Shown here in pieces: positions 1-11,716 of a DNA stretch of 64,000 bases. Position 1 is the first letter of the stretch, and each line of letters starts with the position of its first letter. The stretch spans positions 30,695 through 94,694 of the forward strand of contig JASFHL010000005.1 in NCBI GenBank assembly GCA_050123235.1, written 5' to 3'. The translations under genes were made by a program, and so were the position numbers. This stretch comes from Candidatus Woesebacteria bacterium (GTDB taxonomy: Bacteria > Patescibacteriota > Microgenomatia > UBA1400 > PJMF01). The notes beneath the pieces are model-generated. The model saw only the letters and a list, made by a program, of their open reading frames with translations, searched no databases and was not told the DNA's origin.

Positions 1-1753
1 TTTACTTTTCAATGATTTATTACCAGAGAGTTTGCGTTTCATTAATGAAGCTGTCAAAGCAAAGACGATTAAGGAAATCATCACTGTGGCCATTGAAACC
101 CAAGATCATAGCCGAGTAGCCAAACTGATAGATGATATCAAGGATTTGGGTTTTGAAGCAGCCACTATCTCGGGTATTAGTGTGGCAGTGACAGATTGTA
201 AGATGATGAATGAAAAAGATGAATTAATTGAGCAAGCTAACAAGAAGTCAGAGGAAGTTCAAGAAAATTATTTGCAAGGTTTTATCACTGACGAAGAAAG
301 AAAGAGTCAAAGTTTTGATATTTGGATGAAAGCAACCGATGATGTGGCAGACAAAACATGGGAAAGCTATAAAGAGTCTAATGCAGTTAAGATAATTATT
401 AACTCTGGTGGTTCTCGTGCTTCTAAGGATCAAGTTAAGCAGCTAGGTGCTATGCGTGGCCTAGTGGTTGATCCAATGGGTAATATTGTAGAAATGCCTA
501 CCAAATCAAATTTTAGACAAGGACTTTCTATTTTTGAATATGTAACCTCTGCTAGAGGTTCTAGAAAAGGTCTAACAGATTCTGCTATTAAAACTGCTGA
601 TGCCGGTTATCTTACTCGTAGGCTTTATGATGTTGCTCATGATGCAATTATTAGACAAGAAGATTGTGGTACTGATCAAGGTATAGAAATTATTAGAGAA
701 AATAGGCCAGATAGCTTTGTTAATAGAATTTTAGGTCGCTTTTTATCAAGAGATCTTAAATTTAAAAAGAAAAAGTTAGCCAAAGCTGGTCAACTAATTG
801 ATAAAGATTTGGCAGAAAAAATTAATCAATCTGGAGTAGAATCTGTTTATGTGAGATCAGCACTGACTTGTAAATCAAGTAAAGGGCTTTGTGCTAAATG
901 TTATGGTTGGGATTTAGCTACTAGATTTTTAGTAGAAATTGGGGTGCCGGTAGGAGTGGTGGCAGCTCAATCAATTGGTGAGCCTGGTACGCAGTTGACG
1001 ATGAGGGTCAAACACTCAGGTGGTATTGTTGGGCTAGATGTGACCCAAGGTTTACCTAGAGTAGAAGAATTATTTGAAGCTAGAACTCCAAAAGCAGCAG
1101 CAGTGATCGCTAATATTTCTGGTAAAGTTAAAGTTAAAGAAGAAAAAAATGGTAGCAAAGTAGTGACTATCAAATCAGTAGAGCCTCCAGTTGAAGAAGA
1201 AAGCTATACTTTGCCAGCTAATACCAGTCTCTTGGTGAAAACAGGCGATTTGGTCCATGCTGGCCAACGCTTGATTGCTGGTTCTGTGAATGTCAAAGAA
1301 CTATTGCAAGTTAGGGGCTTGCTTTATACTCAAGAACACTTAGTTGATGAAGTGCAAAAAGTTTACGAGTCACAAGGTATTACTATCAATGATAAACACG
1401 CTGAGGTGATAATCAGAAAAATGGGAGATAAAGTTCAGATTGAAATGCCAGGAGATACAGATTTCTTGACTGGTGAAATTGTAGAACGCAGTCGCCTGAT
1501 TGATGCCAATGATGCAGTTATGGCAGCTGGTGGAGATCCGGCCACAGCCAAAGTTTTACTCTTGGGTATTACTCGCAGTGCGCTCTTTACTAGCTCCTGG
1601 TTGTCAGCTGCTTCTTTCCAGCATACCAAGCATGTCTTAACAGATGCAGCCTCAGCAGGCAGTGTAGATTATTTAGAAGCTTTGAAAGAAAATGTTATTA
1701 TCGGGCGATTGATTCCAACCAGTGAGGAAAGAGCAAAGCTGGAAACAGCCTAA
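1..1753 (+). CDS. rpoC: DNA-directed RNA polymerase subunit beta-prime (RpoC), C-terminal portion; 5' end lies upstream of the window
   Basis: The frame is open from the window edge (no stop before the ORF-track start at 32). The translation carries the conserved beta-prime C-terminal motif QSIGEPGTQLTMR followed by HSGG. It sits directly upstream of rpsL, as in rpoBC-str arrangements. Confidence 0.85.
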   Translation, partial: LLFNDLLPESLRFINEAVKAKTIKEIITVAIETQDHSRVAKLIDDIKDLGFEAATISGISVAVTDCKMMNEKDELIEQANKKSEEVQENYLQGFITDEERKSQSFDIWMKATDDVADKTWESYKESNAVKIIINSGGSRASKDQVKQLGAMRGLVVDPMGNIVEMPTKSNFRQGLSIFEYVTSARGSRKGLTDSAIKTADAGYLTRRLYDVAHDAIIRQEDCGTDQGIEIIRENRPDSFVNRILGRFLSRDLKFKKKKLAKAGQLIDKDLAEKINQSGVESVYVRSALTCKSSKGLCAKCYGWDLATRFLVEIGVPVGVVAAQSIGEPGTQLTMRVKHSGGIVGLDVTQGLPRVEELFEARTPKAAAVIANISGKVKVKEEKNGSKVVTIKSVEPPVEEESYTLPANTSLLVKTGDLVHAGQRLIAGSVNVKELLQVRGLLYTQEHLVDEVQKVYESQGITINDKHAEVIIRKMGDKVQIEMPGDTDFLTGEIVERSRLIDANDAVMAAGGDPATAKVLLLGITRSALFTSSWLSAASFQHTKHVLTDAASAGSVDYLEALKENVIIGRLIPTSEERAKLETA

Positions 1754-1859
1754 TTCCCTCTGGGTAAAATAAAACTCTTATGTTACAATCAGCTGATCGA
1801 AAAGTTATATTAAAGTATTTTTATGATGCTAGTAATAAAGGAATAAATTTAAAAAAACT

Positions 1860-2273
1860 ATGCCAACAATTAATCAACTGATCCGCAAAGGCGGCAGAAA
1901 AAAGAAAAGCAAACGAGTCAAAGCCACAGCCTTACGCAGAAGTTTTAACTCTAAAACCGGTAAAGTTGTTCGCAACACTAACCCTCAAAAACGAGGTGTT
2001 TGTACAGTGGTTAAAACCATGACTCCCAAGAAACCAAACTCAGCTCTGAGAAAAGTAGCTAGGGTGAGGTTATCTAATAAGATTGAAGTCACTGCTTATA
2101 TCCAGGGTGAAGGGCATAATCTGGCTGAACACAGTATTGTTTTAGTGCGAGGAGGCAGGGTTAAAGATTTACCAGGTGTAAAATATCATATTGTACGTGG
2201 TAAATACGATTGTGCTGGAGTTGATGGTAGGAAAACTAGTAGAAGTAAGTATGGCGTAAAAGCCAAGAGTTAA
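1860..2273 (+). CDS. rpsL: 30S ribosomal protein S12
   Basis: 137 aa; conserved S12 core ([11 protein letters not shown]...[16 protein letters not shown]) with a ~13-aa basic N-terminal insertion. Confidence 0.95.
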   Translation: MPTINQLIRKGGRKKKSKRVKATALRRSFNSKTGKVVRNTNPQKRGVCTVVKTMTPKKPNSALRKVARVRLSNKIEVTAYIQGEGHNLAEHSIVLVRGGRVKDLPGVKYHIVRGKYDCAGVDGRKTSRSKYGVKAKS

Positions 2274-2298
2274 AATAAAGAAAGGATAAAAAAACTTT

Positions 2299-2517
2299 AT
2301 GCCAGGAAATGGGCCCGAAAAAATAAGACCAGATTTAGCTGATATCCAATACAAATTTGGATTAACTGATCAAAGTTTATTAAAAATAATAGCAGAGAGA
2401 TTGCAAAGAGGCAAAAGCAAAGAGATCATAGAAGCTGAATTAATAAAGGATGGAATTGATCCAGAGAGTCTTGGGGCAGCTATAGCGAGAGCAAGGATGG
2501 ATCCTAGAAAAAGATAA
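2299..2517 (+). CDS. hypothetical 72-aa protein in an atypical insertion between rpsL and rpsG
   Basis: Intact 72-codon ORF preceded by a purine-rich stretch (aaagaaaggataaaaaaa). No recognisable motif. It lies in a 553-bp spacer where S12 and S7 genes are normally adjacent. Confidence 0.3.
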   Translation: MPGNGPEKIRPDLADIQYKFGLTDQSLLKIIAERLQRGKSKEIIEAELIKDGIDPESLGAAIARARMDPRKR

Positions 2518-2826
2518 TAATTTAAAAAATAAAATAATATGTCAGAAGAATTAAGAAGAGCAAGAAAACAAGAAGCCAGAAAAAAACATAGGCAACAACT
2601 TTATAAGAGAAAAAAGTAAATGGGAGGGAATGATAGCTAGATTGAACGCTAATATAAGAGATAAAGAAGCAGCATTGAGAAGAACAAGGATGATTACATT
2701 AAACGAGAAACTCTAAATGATAACATAGCTGATTTTGAAGGAAGACGTGATCTAATTCAGGAGTGGCTAGACGGAGTAAATGGGAAGTTAGCTAAGCTTC
2801 AGTAACCAAAAAACAATAAAAACAAG

Positions 2827-3303
2827 ATGAGAACTAAACAAGCAAAAACCAGACAAGTAAGCCCAGACCCAAAGTATCAATCTTTGGCAGTGGCTAAGTT
2901 GGTTAACCGCTCCATGAGAAGTGGTAAGAAGTCTGTAGCTCAAAAGCAAGTCTATAAAGCTCTTGAATCAGTAGAAGCAAAAACAAAGAAAAAAGCCTTA
3001 ACAGCTTTGGAAGAAGCAATTAACAATATTACTCCGCAGATGGAAGTTAGATCTAGAAGAGTTGGGGGTGCTTCTTATCAGGTACCAATGCCTGTGCGCT
3101 ATCGTCGAGGTTCTTCGTTGGCTATTCGTTGGTTGGTACTAGCAGCTAATAAACGACCCAGCAAGCAATATCATACTTATGCTGAAAAACTGTCTGCTGA
3201 GATTATGGATGCTTTGGAAAATAAAGGCGGTGCCATTGAAAAGAAGAATACTTCTCACAAAATGTCAGAGTCCAACAAGGCTTTTTCTCACTTCAGATGG
3301 TAA
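2827..3303 (+). CDS. rpsG: 30S ribosomal protein S7
   Basis: 158 aa; S7 signature region (RRVGGASYQVPMPV...AIRW) in the str-operon position. Confidence 0.95.
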   Translation: MRTKQAKTRQVSPDPKYQSLAVAKLVNRSMRSGKKSVAQKQVYKALESVEAKTKKKALTALEEAINNITPQMEVRSRRVGGASYQVPMPVRYRRGSSLAIRWLVLAANKRPSKQYHTYAEKLSAEIMDALENKGGAIEKKNTSHKMSESNKAFSHFRW

Positions 3304-3332
3304 TTTTATGTGTTAACTAGAATTTTTTATAA

Positions 3333-5474
3333 TTGTCTATGTCAAATTTTAAATCTGCCAATAAACAAGTTCCACTCGATAGAGTTCGTAATATTGGGAT
3401 CATTGCCCATATTGATGCTGGTAAAACCACCACCACTGAGCGTATCCTTTTTTACACTGGTCGTAATTACAAGATCGGTGAAGTTCACGAAGGTGCAGCT
3501 ACCATGGATTGGATGGAACAAGAACAAGAAAGAGGAATCACTATTGTTTCTGCTGCCACTACTGCTTTTTGGAAACCATATTTTGATAGCCACTTAGCCA
3601 AAGAAGATTATCGTTTCAATATTATTGATACTCCAGGACACGTTGATTTTACCGCTGAGGTAGAGCGTTCACTCAGAGTCTTGGATGGTGGTATTACAGT
3701 ACTGGATGCTTCGGAAGGGGTACAATCTCAAAGCGAAACTGTCTGGCGTCAAGCAGATAAATACAATGTGCCACGGATTTGTTTTGTCAATAAAATGGAT
3801 AAACTGGGTGCTGATTTTATGGACACGGTCAAAGATATTAGAGATAAATTTGGAGTTAAGCCAGCAGTCATGGTTTTACCAATGGGGGCTGAAAACCAGT
3901 TTAAGGGAGTGATTCTTTTACTAGATAGAAAAGCTTTGTTTTGGAAAGACAGTGCTGCTGATACAGAGCCAGAAGTTAAAGAAATTCCAGAGGAATATAA
4001 ACAAGAAGTAGAAAAATTAAGAGCGGAGCTGATGGAAGCTATTGCGGAAACAGATGATGGCTTGATGGAAAAGTTTCTTAATGAAGAAGAAATGGAATTA
4101 AATGAGTTGAAAGCGGCTTTGAGAAAAGCAGTTATCAACTACCAATTAGTGCCTGTTTTTGCTGGTAGTTCTCTTAAGAACACTGGTGTTCAAGTTTTAC
4201 TAGATGCTGTAATTGAGTATTTGCCTTCTCCAATGGATATTGAAGCCATCAAAGGTGAAGATCCAAAAACCAATGAAGAAGTGGAAAGAAAATTAATTCC
4301 AGAAGAAAAACTCTGTGGTTTAGCTTTTAAAATTCAAACAGATCCCCATGTAGGTAAATTGACCTATTTTAGAATTTATTCAGGTGTCTTAAAAGCAGGC
4401 AGCTATATTTACAATAGTGTCCAAGGCAAAAAAGAAAGAGTCGGGCGTTTGTTATTGATGCATGCTAATCAAAGAGAAGAGATTGCTGAAGCCAGAGCAG
4501 GTGAGATTGTAGCCATTATTGGTCTAAAAAACACTAAAACAGGCGATACTTTATGTGATGAACAGCACCAGATTGTACTTGAGGGGATTACTTTTGCAGA
4601 ACCAGTGATTTCTTTGGCTATTGAACCAAAAACCAAATCTGATCAAGAAAAAATGGGTTTAGCTCTAAATAAACTCAGTGAGGAAGATCCAACCTTTTCT
4701 ATTAAAGTTGATCAAGAAACAGGCCAAACAATCATTGGTGGCATGGGTGAGCTACACCTGGAGATTATTGTTGACAGAATGAAGCGAGAATTCAAAGTCG
4801 ATGCCAATGTGGGTAAACCTCAAGTCGCCTATCGAGAAACTATCACTCAAGCTGCTCAAGGTGAAGGTAAATACATCAAACAAAGTGGTGGTCGCGGTCA
4901 GTATGGTCATGTTCTACTTAGACTTGAACCACAAGATCGTGGAACTGGCTATGAGTTTGTTAATGAAATCAAAGGAGCTGCTGTTCCTAGAGAATATATT
5001 GAGCCAACTAATAAAGGTGTTCAAGAATCTCTCGAGCGAGGTTTTTTGGCTGGTTATCCAATGTCAGATCTTAAAGTCACTTTATATGATGGTTCTTTTC
5101 ACGAAGTTGATTCTAGTGAACTAGCTTTTAAAATGGCTGGCTCTTTGGGTATGAAAGATGCAGTTGCTAAAGCTGGCATGGTGTTGTTAGAGCCAATTAT
5201 GAAGGTCGAAGTCACTACTCCTGAAGAATTCATGGGTGATGTGATTGGTGATATTAGTGGTCGTAGGGCTCAAATTCAAGGAACAGTTAATCGAGGCAAT
5301 GTGGTTATTATTACCGCTCTAGTGCCTTTGGCAGAAATGCAAGGTTATGTCACAATTCTGCGAAGCATGACCCAAGGTCGTGCCACTAGTGTGATGTTAC
5401 CAAGTCATTATGATGAAGTGCCAAAACAAATTTCTGATAAGATTGTTGAAGAAAGAAAGGGGTTTAGAAGATAA
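3333..5474 (+). CDS. fusA: elongation factor G
   Basis: 713 aa; G1 motif [21 protein letters not shown]; full EF-G domain order; follows rpsG. Confidence 0.95.
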   Translation: MSMSNFKSANKQVPLDRVRNIGIIAHIDAGKTTTTERILFYTGRNYKIGEVHEGAATMDWMEQEQERGITIVSAATTAFWKPYFDSHLAKEDYRFNIIDTPGHVDFTAEVERSLRVLDGGITVLDASEGVQSQSETVWRQADKYNVPRICFVNKMDKLGADFMDTVKDIRDKFGVKPAVMVLPMGAENQFKGVILLLDRKALFWKDSAADTEPEVKEIPEEYKQEVEKLRAELMEAIAETDDGLMEKFLNEEEMELNELKAALRKAVINYQLVPVFAGSSLKNTGVQVLLDAVIEYLPSPMDIEAIKGEDPKTNEEVERKLIPEEKLCGLAFKIQTDPHVGKLTYFRIYSGVLKAGSYIYNSVQGKKERVGRLLLMHANQREEIAEARAGEIVAIIGLKNTKTGDTLCDEQHQIVLEGITFAEPVISLAIEPKTKSDQEKMGLALNKLSEEDPTFSIKVDQETGQTIIGGMGELHLEIIVDRMKREFKVDANVGKPQVAYRETITQAAQGEGKYIKQSGGRGQYGHVLLRLEPQDRGTGYEFVNEIKGAAVPREYIEPTNKGVQESLERGFLAGYPMSDLKVTLYDGSFHEVDSSELAFKMAGSLGMKDAVAKAGMVLLEPIMKVEVTTPEEFMGDVIGDISGRRAQIQGTVNRGNVVIITALVPLAEMQGYVTILRSMTQGRATSVMLPSHYDEVPKQISDKIVEERKGFRR

Positions 5475-5675
5475 GATGTATTTTTCTTAGAAAAGAGATA
5501 GTTTTGCTAAATTAGCTCACTTAAGCCTGACAAATAGATTCTTATCAAGTACAATATTAATTATAAATTAATTAGAATTTTACAGGAATTTTGCGCTTAA
5601 ATTAGAAGTAATTTATTTTGTTTTTTAAAGTAAAGTGCATAATTCTTGGCCATAAAAAATAAAGGAGAACAAAAT

Positions 5676-6872
5676 ATGTCCGACAATAAAAAATTTGTCC
5701 GCAACAAGCCTCACGTCAATATTGGTACTATTGGTCACGTTGATCATGGTAAAACCACTTTGACTGCTGCTATTACTCATACTCTTTCCAATAAAGTTCC
5801 TGGAGATGTGAATAAACCTTTAGCTTATACTGATATTGATAATGCTCCGGAAGAAGCAGCCAGAGGTGTTACTATTAACATTTCTCATATTGAATATGAG
5901 ACTGAAAAGAGACACTATGCTCATATTGATGCTCCAGGTCACGCTGACTACATCAAGAATATGATTACTGGTGCTGCTCAAATGGATGGTGCCATTTTGG
6001 TAGTTGCTGCTACTGATGGTCCAATGCCTCAAACTAGAGAACATATTCTTTTAGCTAAGCAAGTTAATGTACCTAAACTGATTATTGCTTTGAACAAAGT
6101 TGACATGGTTGATGACGCTGAATTACTTGATTTAGTTGAAATGGAAGTCAGAGAATTACTTACAAAATATGGCTTTGATGGAGAAAAAGCTCCAATAGTG
6201 AGAGTTTCAGCTTTGAAAGCTCTTGAAGGAGACGAAAAGGCTCAAGAACAAGTCATGGAATTAATGAAAGCTGTTGATGAATACATTCCAGAGCCAGTAC
6301 GTGATCTTGATAAACCTTTCCTAATGCCTGTTGAAGATGTCTTCTCTATCAAGGGTCGTGGTACAGTAGTTACTGGTCGTATTGAATCTGGTGTAGTTAA
6401 AGTTAGTGAAGAAATTGAAATAGTTGGTTTTGAAGATTCCAAAAAGACTACTGTTACTGGCGTAGAAATGTTTAGAAAACTCTTAGATCAAGGTCAAGCT
6501 GGTGATAACGTTGGTGTTTTACTAAGAGGTCTTGCTAAGGATGAAGTACAAAGAGGTCAAGTAATTGCTAAACCAGGTACTGCTAAAGCTCACACTGAGT
6601 TTGAAGCTGAAGTTTATATTCTTAAAAAGGAAGAAGGTGGTCGTCATAAGCCATTCTTTAGCGGTTATAAGCCTCAGTTCTATATCAGAACCACTGATGT
6701 CACTGGTGAAATTAAGCTCCCAGAAGGTGTGGAGATGGTTATGCCTGGTGACAATGCTAAAATGACTGTTAAGTTAATTGCTCCAGTAGCAATTAATGAA
6801 GGTCTAAGGTTTGCTGTTAGAGAAGGTGGTTTAACAGTTGGCGCAGGCGCTATTACTAAGATTATTAAATAA
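5676..6872 (+). CDS. tuf: elongation factor Tu
   Basis: [25 protein letters not shown] motifs. I prefer the ATG at 5676, which is preceded by an AAAGGAG Shine-Dalgarno at 5662-5668, over the in-frame TTG at 5646 given in the ORF track. Confidence 0.93.
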   Translation: MSDNKKFVRNKPHVNIGTIGHVDHGKTTLTAAITHTLSNKVPGDVNKPLAYTDIDNAPEEAARGVTINISHIEYETEKRHYAHIDAPGHADYIKNMITGAAQMDGAILVVAATDGPMPQTREHILLAKQVNVPKLIIALNKVDMVDDAELLDLVEMEVRELLTKYGFDGEKAPIVRVSALKALEGDEKAQEQVMELMKAVDEYIPEPVRDLDKPFLMPVEDVFSIKGRGTVVTGRIESGVVKVSEEIEIVGFEDSKKTTVTGVEMFRKLLDQGQAGDNVGVLLRGLAKDEVQRGQVIAKPGTAKAHTEFEAEVYILKKEEGGRHKPFFSGYKPQFYIRTTDVTGEIKLPEGVEMVMPGDNAKMTVKLIAPVAINEGLRFAVREGGLTVGAGAITKIIK

Positions 6873-6891
6873 AATAAAAAAATGAGGATGA

Positions 6892-6925
6892 AAATCCCTC
6901 GTCGATAACGATGAGGGATTTTCTC
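6892..6925 (+). terminator. rho-independent terminator after tuf
   Basis: Near-perfect hairpin aatccctcgtcg/ataa/cgatgagggatt followed by a U-run (ttttct). Confidence 0.7.
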
Positions 6926-7075
6926 TTAGCTAACTATAAGTTTATCTGTAATAAATGTTAGTGAGTAAACTTTATTTTGCAGTAGCTCTAATACTATACA
7001 GCCAGGAGAAAATATATTATAATCACGCCTTGTCTTTATTTAAAATGAAATTAAGAAAACAATTAACAAATTAAT

Positions 7076-7408
7076 ATGGCAAATAAAAGTAAAAGCGCTC
7101 AGGTTGCATATAAGATTAGGGTCAGACTTAAGTCTTATGATCATCGCGTAATTGATGAAGCTAGTCGGAAAATCCTTCAGACAGCCTTATCAACAGGTGC
7201 TCAGGTAATAGGACCAGTTCCTTTACCAACTAATAAAAAATCTTTTACTGTCTTGGTTTCTCCTCATACAGATAAAGATGCTCAAGAGCACTATGAAATT
7301 AGGACTCATAAAAGATTGATTGATATTATTGATCCAACAAATAAAACCATTGATTCACTGATGCACTTAGAATTACCTGCTGGAGTTGATATTCAAATCA
7401 AGATGTAA
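7076..7408 (+). CDS. rpsJ: 30S ribosomal protein S10
   Basis: 110 aa; [14 protein letters not shown] motif; first gene of the S10 operon. Confidence 0.95.
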   Translation: MANKSKSAQVAYKIRVRLKSYDHRVIDEASRKILQTALSTGAQVIGPVPLPTNKKSFTVLVSPHTDKDAQEHYEIRTHKRLIDIIDPTNKTIDSLMHLELPAGVDIQIKM

Positions 7409-7491
7409 GTTATTTGACTTACTTATTAATATGATTGTTTATATTAAATTTATAAAAGGAATGTTGCCTTTACAAAAGTTGAAATTCTTTA

Positions 7492-8322
7492 ATGATGTTA
7501 AATACAATTTTTGCTACCAAGGTTGGTATGACTCAAGCCTGGTCAAGCTCAGGCAAGAGATTAGCAGTGACCAAATTAAAAGTTGGCACTAATGCTGTAG
7601 TGGGGCAAAAAAATGCTTGGGCTGTCAATAAACCAGTTGATAGCTTTAAAAAGCAAGAGGCTCTTATTTGCGAAATCGCATACGGAAAGAAAAAACTCAA
7701 AAATTTAAGCAAGCCACTCAAAGAAAAAATAAAAAAGAGTGGCTTTTCTGAAGGTTTTAGGCAAATTAGAGGGCTTAAGTTTTTCCCAAGAGAAGCACAA
7801 GAATCTGAACTCAAAGTTGGTGATGCTATCAAGTTAGACCAAGTTTTGGAACCTGGTGATGTGGTTAAAGTGCAAGGTAGGTCAAAAGGAAGAGGTTTTG
7901 CTGGTGTGATTAAGCGTCACGGTTTTGCTGGTGGTCCTAGAACTCACGGTCAGTCTGACAGAGAAAGAGCCCCTGGTTCAATTGGTTCTGGTACTGATCC
8001 CGGTCGTGTTTGGAAAGGCAAAAAGATGCCTGGGCATTACGGGGCTAAAAATAAGACAGTTTCTAATTTAGTAGTTTTGTATATTGATCCAGAAAAGCAG
8101 GAGCTTTGGTTGAGTGGCCCTGTTCCTGGTCATAATAATTCTATTGTCAGAGTAGAAAAACTTGGGTTTAAGAAAAAATTGGAATTAAATTTAGCAGCAT
8201 CTGGTTTGGGGTCAGCTAAAGAAGCTAAACAAAAAACTCCAAGCTCAGCAAAAAATGAAAAAAGCAAATCAGCAGCTAAATCAGGAAAAAAAGATCAAAA
8301 AAATACTAAAGAAACAAAATGA
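7492..8322 (+). CDS. rplC: 50S ribosomal protein L3 (with Lys-rich C-terminal extension)
   Basis: 276 aa; KVGMTQ start motif and conserved L3 core; ~60-aa K/S/A-rich tail. Confidence 0.92.
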   Translation: MMLNTIFATKVGMTQAWSSSGKRLAVTKLKVGTNAVVGQKNAWAVNKPVDSFKKQEALICEIAYGKKKLKNLSKPLKEKIKKSGFSEGFRQIRGLKFFPREAQESELKVGDAIKLDQVLEPGDVVKVQGRSKGRGFAGVIKRHGFAGGPRTHGQSDRERAPGSIGSGTDPGRVWKGKKMPGHYGAKNKTVSNLVVLYIDPEKQELWLSGPVPGHNNSIVRVEKLGFKKKLELNLAASGLGSAKEAKQKTPSSAKNEKSKSAAKSGKKDQKNTKETK

Positions 8323-9062
8323 AAGTTAAAGTCATAAATACCAGTGGTAAAGATAGCAGCGTCACAGTCAGTGATGATTTGTTTGTTAAAAAAGTTAACA
8401 GAATTTTACTAGCCCAAGCTATTAAGGTTTATTTATCAAACCAACGACAGTCTACTAGTGCTACTCAAAATAGATCTAAAGTTAGTAGAACTACTAAAAA
8501 ATGGTATAGACAAAAAGGCACTGGCAATGCTAGACATGGTGCCAAAAGCGCTAACTTGTTTGTTGGTGGTGCTACTGCCCACGGGCCAAGAGGTATTGAA
8601 AATTGGAAGTTAAGTTTATCAAAGAAAATGAGACAAGCTGCAATTAAACATGCTTTGTCAGCTCAAAAAGACAATCTCTTGATTAATGAAGATTTATTAA
8701 CTGTTGGTGGCAAAACTAAAGTAGCAGCAGAGTTATTATCAAAGTTGGCTAAAGATGAGAAACGAGTTTTAATTGTTTTGCCAGAGAGTTTTGAATTGGT
8801 ACTTAGAGCTTTCAAAAACATTCCTAATGTTTTAATCAGCCAAGCTAATAGGCTTAATGCCTTGGAAATAGTAACTGCTGATAAAGTTGTTTTTACTAAA
8901 GAAGCTTTGAAAACTCTAGAAAAACGTTTGCTTAAACAGTCTGTTAAGAAAAAAGCTGAGCAAGCAAAGCTAAATATTACTAAGTCATCCACGGAAAAAG
9001 AACTTAAAAGAACAAAGACTAGTCAAAGAAAAAAAAATAAAAAAGAAACTAAAAAGAAATGA
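8319..9062 (+). CDS. rplD: 50S ribosomal protein L4 (Lys-rich tail)
   Basis: 247 aa; overlaps the rplC stop (atga coupling); L4 core QKGTGNARHG; K-rich C-terminus. Confidence 0.92.
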   Translation: MKVKVINTSGKDSSVTVSDDLFVKKVNRILLAQAIKVYLSNQRQSTSATQNRSKVSRTTKKWYRQKGTGNARHGAKSANLFVGGATAHGPRGIENWKLSLSKKMRQAAIKHALSAQKDNLLINEDLLTVGGKTKVAAELLSKLAKDEKRVLIVLPESFELVLRAFKNIPNVLISQANRLNALEIVTADKVVFTKEALKTLEKRLLKQSVKKKAEQAKLNITKSSTEKELKRTKTSQRKKNKKETKKK

Positions 9063-9355
9063 AAGCTCATATACTTAAAAGACCAGTTGTAACTGAAAAA
9101 TCACTCAAACTTGCTAATAGTGAAAATGTTTATACTTTTGAAGTAGCCAAAACTGCCAATAAAGATCAAATTAAGCAAGCAGTTGAAGAATTGTTTTCAG
9201 TGCATGTCTTAGCAGTGAACACAGTTATGAAGGCTAAGTCAAAGAAAAGAACTGGTAAAAAAAGAATGATTAAGACTATTGCTAAACGTAAAAAAGCACT
9301 TGTTAAGTTGCAAGAAGGAGAATCAATTGCTTTATTTGATGTAGGTGGAGAATAA
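9059..9355 (+). CDS. rplW: 50S ribosomal protein L23
   Basis: 98 aa; L23 family; translationally coupled to rplD; conserved operon order. Confidence 0.9.
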   Translation: MKAHILKRPVVTEKSLKLANSENVYTFEVAKTANKDQIKQAVEELFSVHVLAVNTVMKAKSKKRTGKKRMIKTIAKRKKALVKLQEGESIALFDVGGE

Positions 9356-9361
9356 AAATAT

Positions 9362-10195
9362 ATGTTAAATAAACAAAAAGCAACTAGCGCCGGTAGAAGA
9401 CACCAAGTTTTGATTGATAGATCTAACCTTTACAAAGGTAATCCAGAGAAATCTCTTTTGATTCCTGGTCATAAAAAAAGAAAAGGTCGAGGTTATAAAG
9501 GTCGTATTACTATGCGACACCGCGGTGGCGGGGTAAAAAAGAAATTAAGAAAGATTGATTTTAAAAGACGAAAGCAAAATATTCCAGCTATAGTACAGAG
9601 GATTGAATATGATCCAATGAGGAGTGCTAATATTGCTTTGCTTTTTTACAAAGATGGTGAAAAAGCATATATTTTAGCTCCAATTGGTTTGAAAGTTGGA
9701 GATGAAGTTGTCAGTGGCACTAAGGTAGAACTTAAAACAGCTAATGCCTTAGCTTTGAAAAACATTCCGGTTGGTATCCCAATTCATAATATTGAATTGA
9801 GACCAGGAAAAGGAGCTCAGTTAGTTAGAGGCGCAGGCACAGCTGCCAGCATTCAATCAAAAGAAGGCAAATATGTGACAATTCAGTTGCCTTCCAAAGA
9901 ACAGAGATTGATAAATGCTGAATGTTTCGCTACAATCGGCCAGGTTGCTAATCAAGCTTGGAAAAATAGAAAATTAGGTAAAGCCGGTCGTAAAAGACTG
10001 ATGGGCATTAGGCCAACAGTCAGAGGTACAGCGCAACATCCTGGCAGTCACCCTCATGGTGGAGGTGAAGGCCGTAGTGGAGTTGGGTTAAAATATGCTA
10101 AGACACCTTGGGGTAAGATAGCTTCACCAGGCAAGAAGACTAGGAAGAAGAGAAAAACTAATAAATGGATAGTTAAAGACAGGAGGACAAAGTAA
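9362..10195 (+). CDS. rplB: 50S ribosomal protein L2
   Basis: 277 aa; conserved L2 C-terminal region ([16 protein letters not shown]). Confidence 0.95.
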   Translation: MLNKQKATSAGRRHQVLIDRSNLYKGNPEKSLLIPGHKKRKGRGYKGRITMRHRGGGVKKKLRKIDFKRRKQNIPAIVQRIEYDPMRSANIALLFYKDGEKAYILAPIGLKVGDEVVSGTKVELKTANALALKNIPVGIPIHNIELRPGKGAQLVRGAGTAASIQSKEGKYVTIQLPSKEQRLINAECFATIGQVANQAWKNRKLGKAGRKRLMGIRPTVRGTAQHPGSHPHGGGEGRSGVGLKYAKTPWGKIASPGKKTRKKRKTNKWIVKDRRTK

Positions 10196-10199
10196 AAAT

Positions 10200-10484
10200 A
10201 TGTCTAGATCAAGTAAAAAAGGACCATATATTGATCCAAAGCTTCTAAAAAAAGTGATGGCTCAAAAACAAAGTGGCAATAAAAGTCCAATTAAAACTTG
10301 GAGTAGAGCTTGTGTAGTTTGTCCGGATTTTGTTGGGCATACTTTTTTGGTTCATCAAGGTAAAAATTTTGTAGAAGTTTTTATTAATGAATCAATGGTA
10401 GGTCATAAATTGGGAGAATTCGCTCCGACCAGGACTTTTAGAGGTCACGGTAAAGTAGTCAAGAGAATAGTAGCTAAGACTTAA
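10200..10484 (+). CDS. rpsS: 30S ribosomal protein S19
   Basis: 94 aa; [11 protein letters not shown] motif. Confidence 0.95.
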   Translation: MSRSSKKGPYIDPKLLKKVMAQKQSGNKSPIKTWSRACVVCPDFVGHTFLVHQGKNFVEVFINESMVGHKLGEFAPTRTFRGHGKVVKRIVAKT

Positions 10485-10488
10485 AAAT

Positions 10489-11064
10489 ATGTTAATTATT
10501 GCGCAGCAAAAAAACACCAGACAATCAGCGCGTAAGGTCAGATTGGTGGCTAATGCTGTTAGAAAATTAGATCTAGTTAAAGCTCTAGAGCAGTTGTCAG
10601 TTATTGAGCGCAAAGCTAGTGTAGTGCTAATGAAGGTGATGAGACAGGCAATTGCTAATGCCAGTCATAACCACAACTTAAAAATTGAAGATCTAAAATT
10701 ACAAAATATTCTAGTAAATCCTGGTCCAACTTATAAAAGATTTAGAGCTGTGAGTAGAGGCAGAGCCCATACTATTCAGAAAAAAACCTGCCATGTAAAA
10801 GTAATTTTACAGAGTAAGGAAGAAAAAGTAGCTCAACCAAAGAAGAGTAAAGTAAGTACAGCTGGCAAAAAAGCTGTTAAAAAAGTAAGTCAGACAAAGT
10901 CAAAAAAAGTAGCAGCAGTCAGTCAAGAAATAGAACATCAAAAAGAATTGACTAAAGAAGTTGCTACTCAAGCAGCAACTAGTCAAAAAGTAGTAGCTAA
11001 AAAAATAAATCTTAGAGCTCAAAGTAAGAGTACTAGAACTAAAAATTTAGGAGGAAGATCTTAA
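10489..11064 (+). CDS. rplV: 50S ribosomal protein L22 (Lys-rich C-terminal extension)
   Basis: 191 aa; L22 core, then a ~80-aa K/A/S/Q-rich tail. Confidence 0.9.
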   Translation: MLIIAQQKNTRQSARKVRLVANAVRKLDLVKALEQLSVIERKASVVLMKVMRQAIANASHNHNLKIEDLKLQNILVNPGPTYKRFRAVSRGRAHTIQKKTCHVKVILQSKEEKVAQPKKSKVSTAGKKAVKKVSQTKSKKVAAVSQEIEHQKELTKEVATQAATSQKVVAKKINLRAQSKSTRTKNLGGRS

Positions 11065-11065
11065 A

Positions 11066-11716
11066 ATGGGACAAAAAGTTAACCCCACCAGTTTTAGATT
11101 AGGTAGTGTTTTTTCTTGGAAATCAAGATGGTTTGCAGGTAAAAAAGATTATTCAGATAAAGTTTTGGAAGATTTTAAATTGCGTCGCTACTTAAACGAT
11201 GCCTTAAGTAATGCTGGTTTAGTTAGGACAGAGATTGAACGTTCGATTAGTAAGATTAAGGTAGTTTTATTAGTGGCACGACCAGGTGTGGTGATTGGTA
11301 AAGGTGGTAAGAATTTAGAATTAATTAAAAAGAAAGTTGAAAAAATCCTCTCTTCAACTCGAGATAAGAAAAAAACAGTTAGGCTTGATTTGAGAGTAGA
11401 AGAATTTAAGGAACCTAATTTGAGTGCCAAATTAGTGACTGAACGTATCATTGGTCAACTAGTCAATCGTTATCCTCATCGCAGGGCTGTGAATCAAGCT
11501 TTGGATAGAGTGATGGAAGCTGGTGCCAAAGGAGTTAAAATCCAATTGTCTGGTAGAATTGCTGGAGCAGAAATAGGACGCAGCGAAAAATATTTTAAAG
11601 GCTCAGTGCCAACGCAAACAATCAGAGCTAATATTGATTATTACGAATCTCCTGCTCGTACTCGCTCTGGTTACGTGGGAGTCAAAGTTTGGATTTATAA
11701 AGGAGAACTAGTTTAA
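11066..11716 (+). CDS. rpsC: 30S ribosomal protein S3
   Basis: 216 aa; [13 protein letters not shown] start; KH-like domain. Confidence 0.95.
   Translation: MGQKVNPTSFRLGSVFSWKSRWFAGKKDYSDKVLEDFKLRRYLNDALSNAGLVRTEIERSISKIKVVLLVARPGVVIGKGGKNLELIKKKVEKILSSTRDKKKTVRLDLRVEEFKEPNLSAKLVTERIIGQLVNRYPHRRAVNQALDRVMEAGAKGVKIQLSGRIAGAEIGRSEKYFKGSVPTQTIRANIDYYESPARTRSGYVGVKVWIYKGELV

Noticed and set aside
248-433. Minus-strand 61-aa ORF inside rpoC (and similar antisense ORFs at 967-1173, 1435-1629, 3342-3593, 3749-4138, 5820-6044, 7533-7832, 8663-8992, 15744-16058, 16107-16442, 16470-16787, 22210-22440)
   Set aside because: All lie antisense within well-supported conserved genes and have low-complexity composition; they are shadow ORFs typical of AT-rich DNA.
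3310-3597. 95-aa + strand ORF overlapping the fusA start
   Set aside because: It is out of frame with fusA, whose translation carries the canonical G-domain motifs; spurious.
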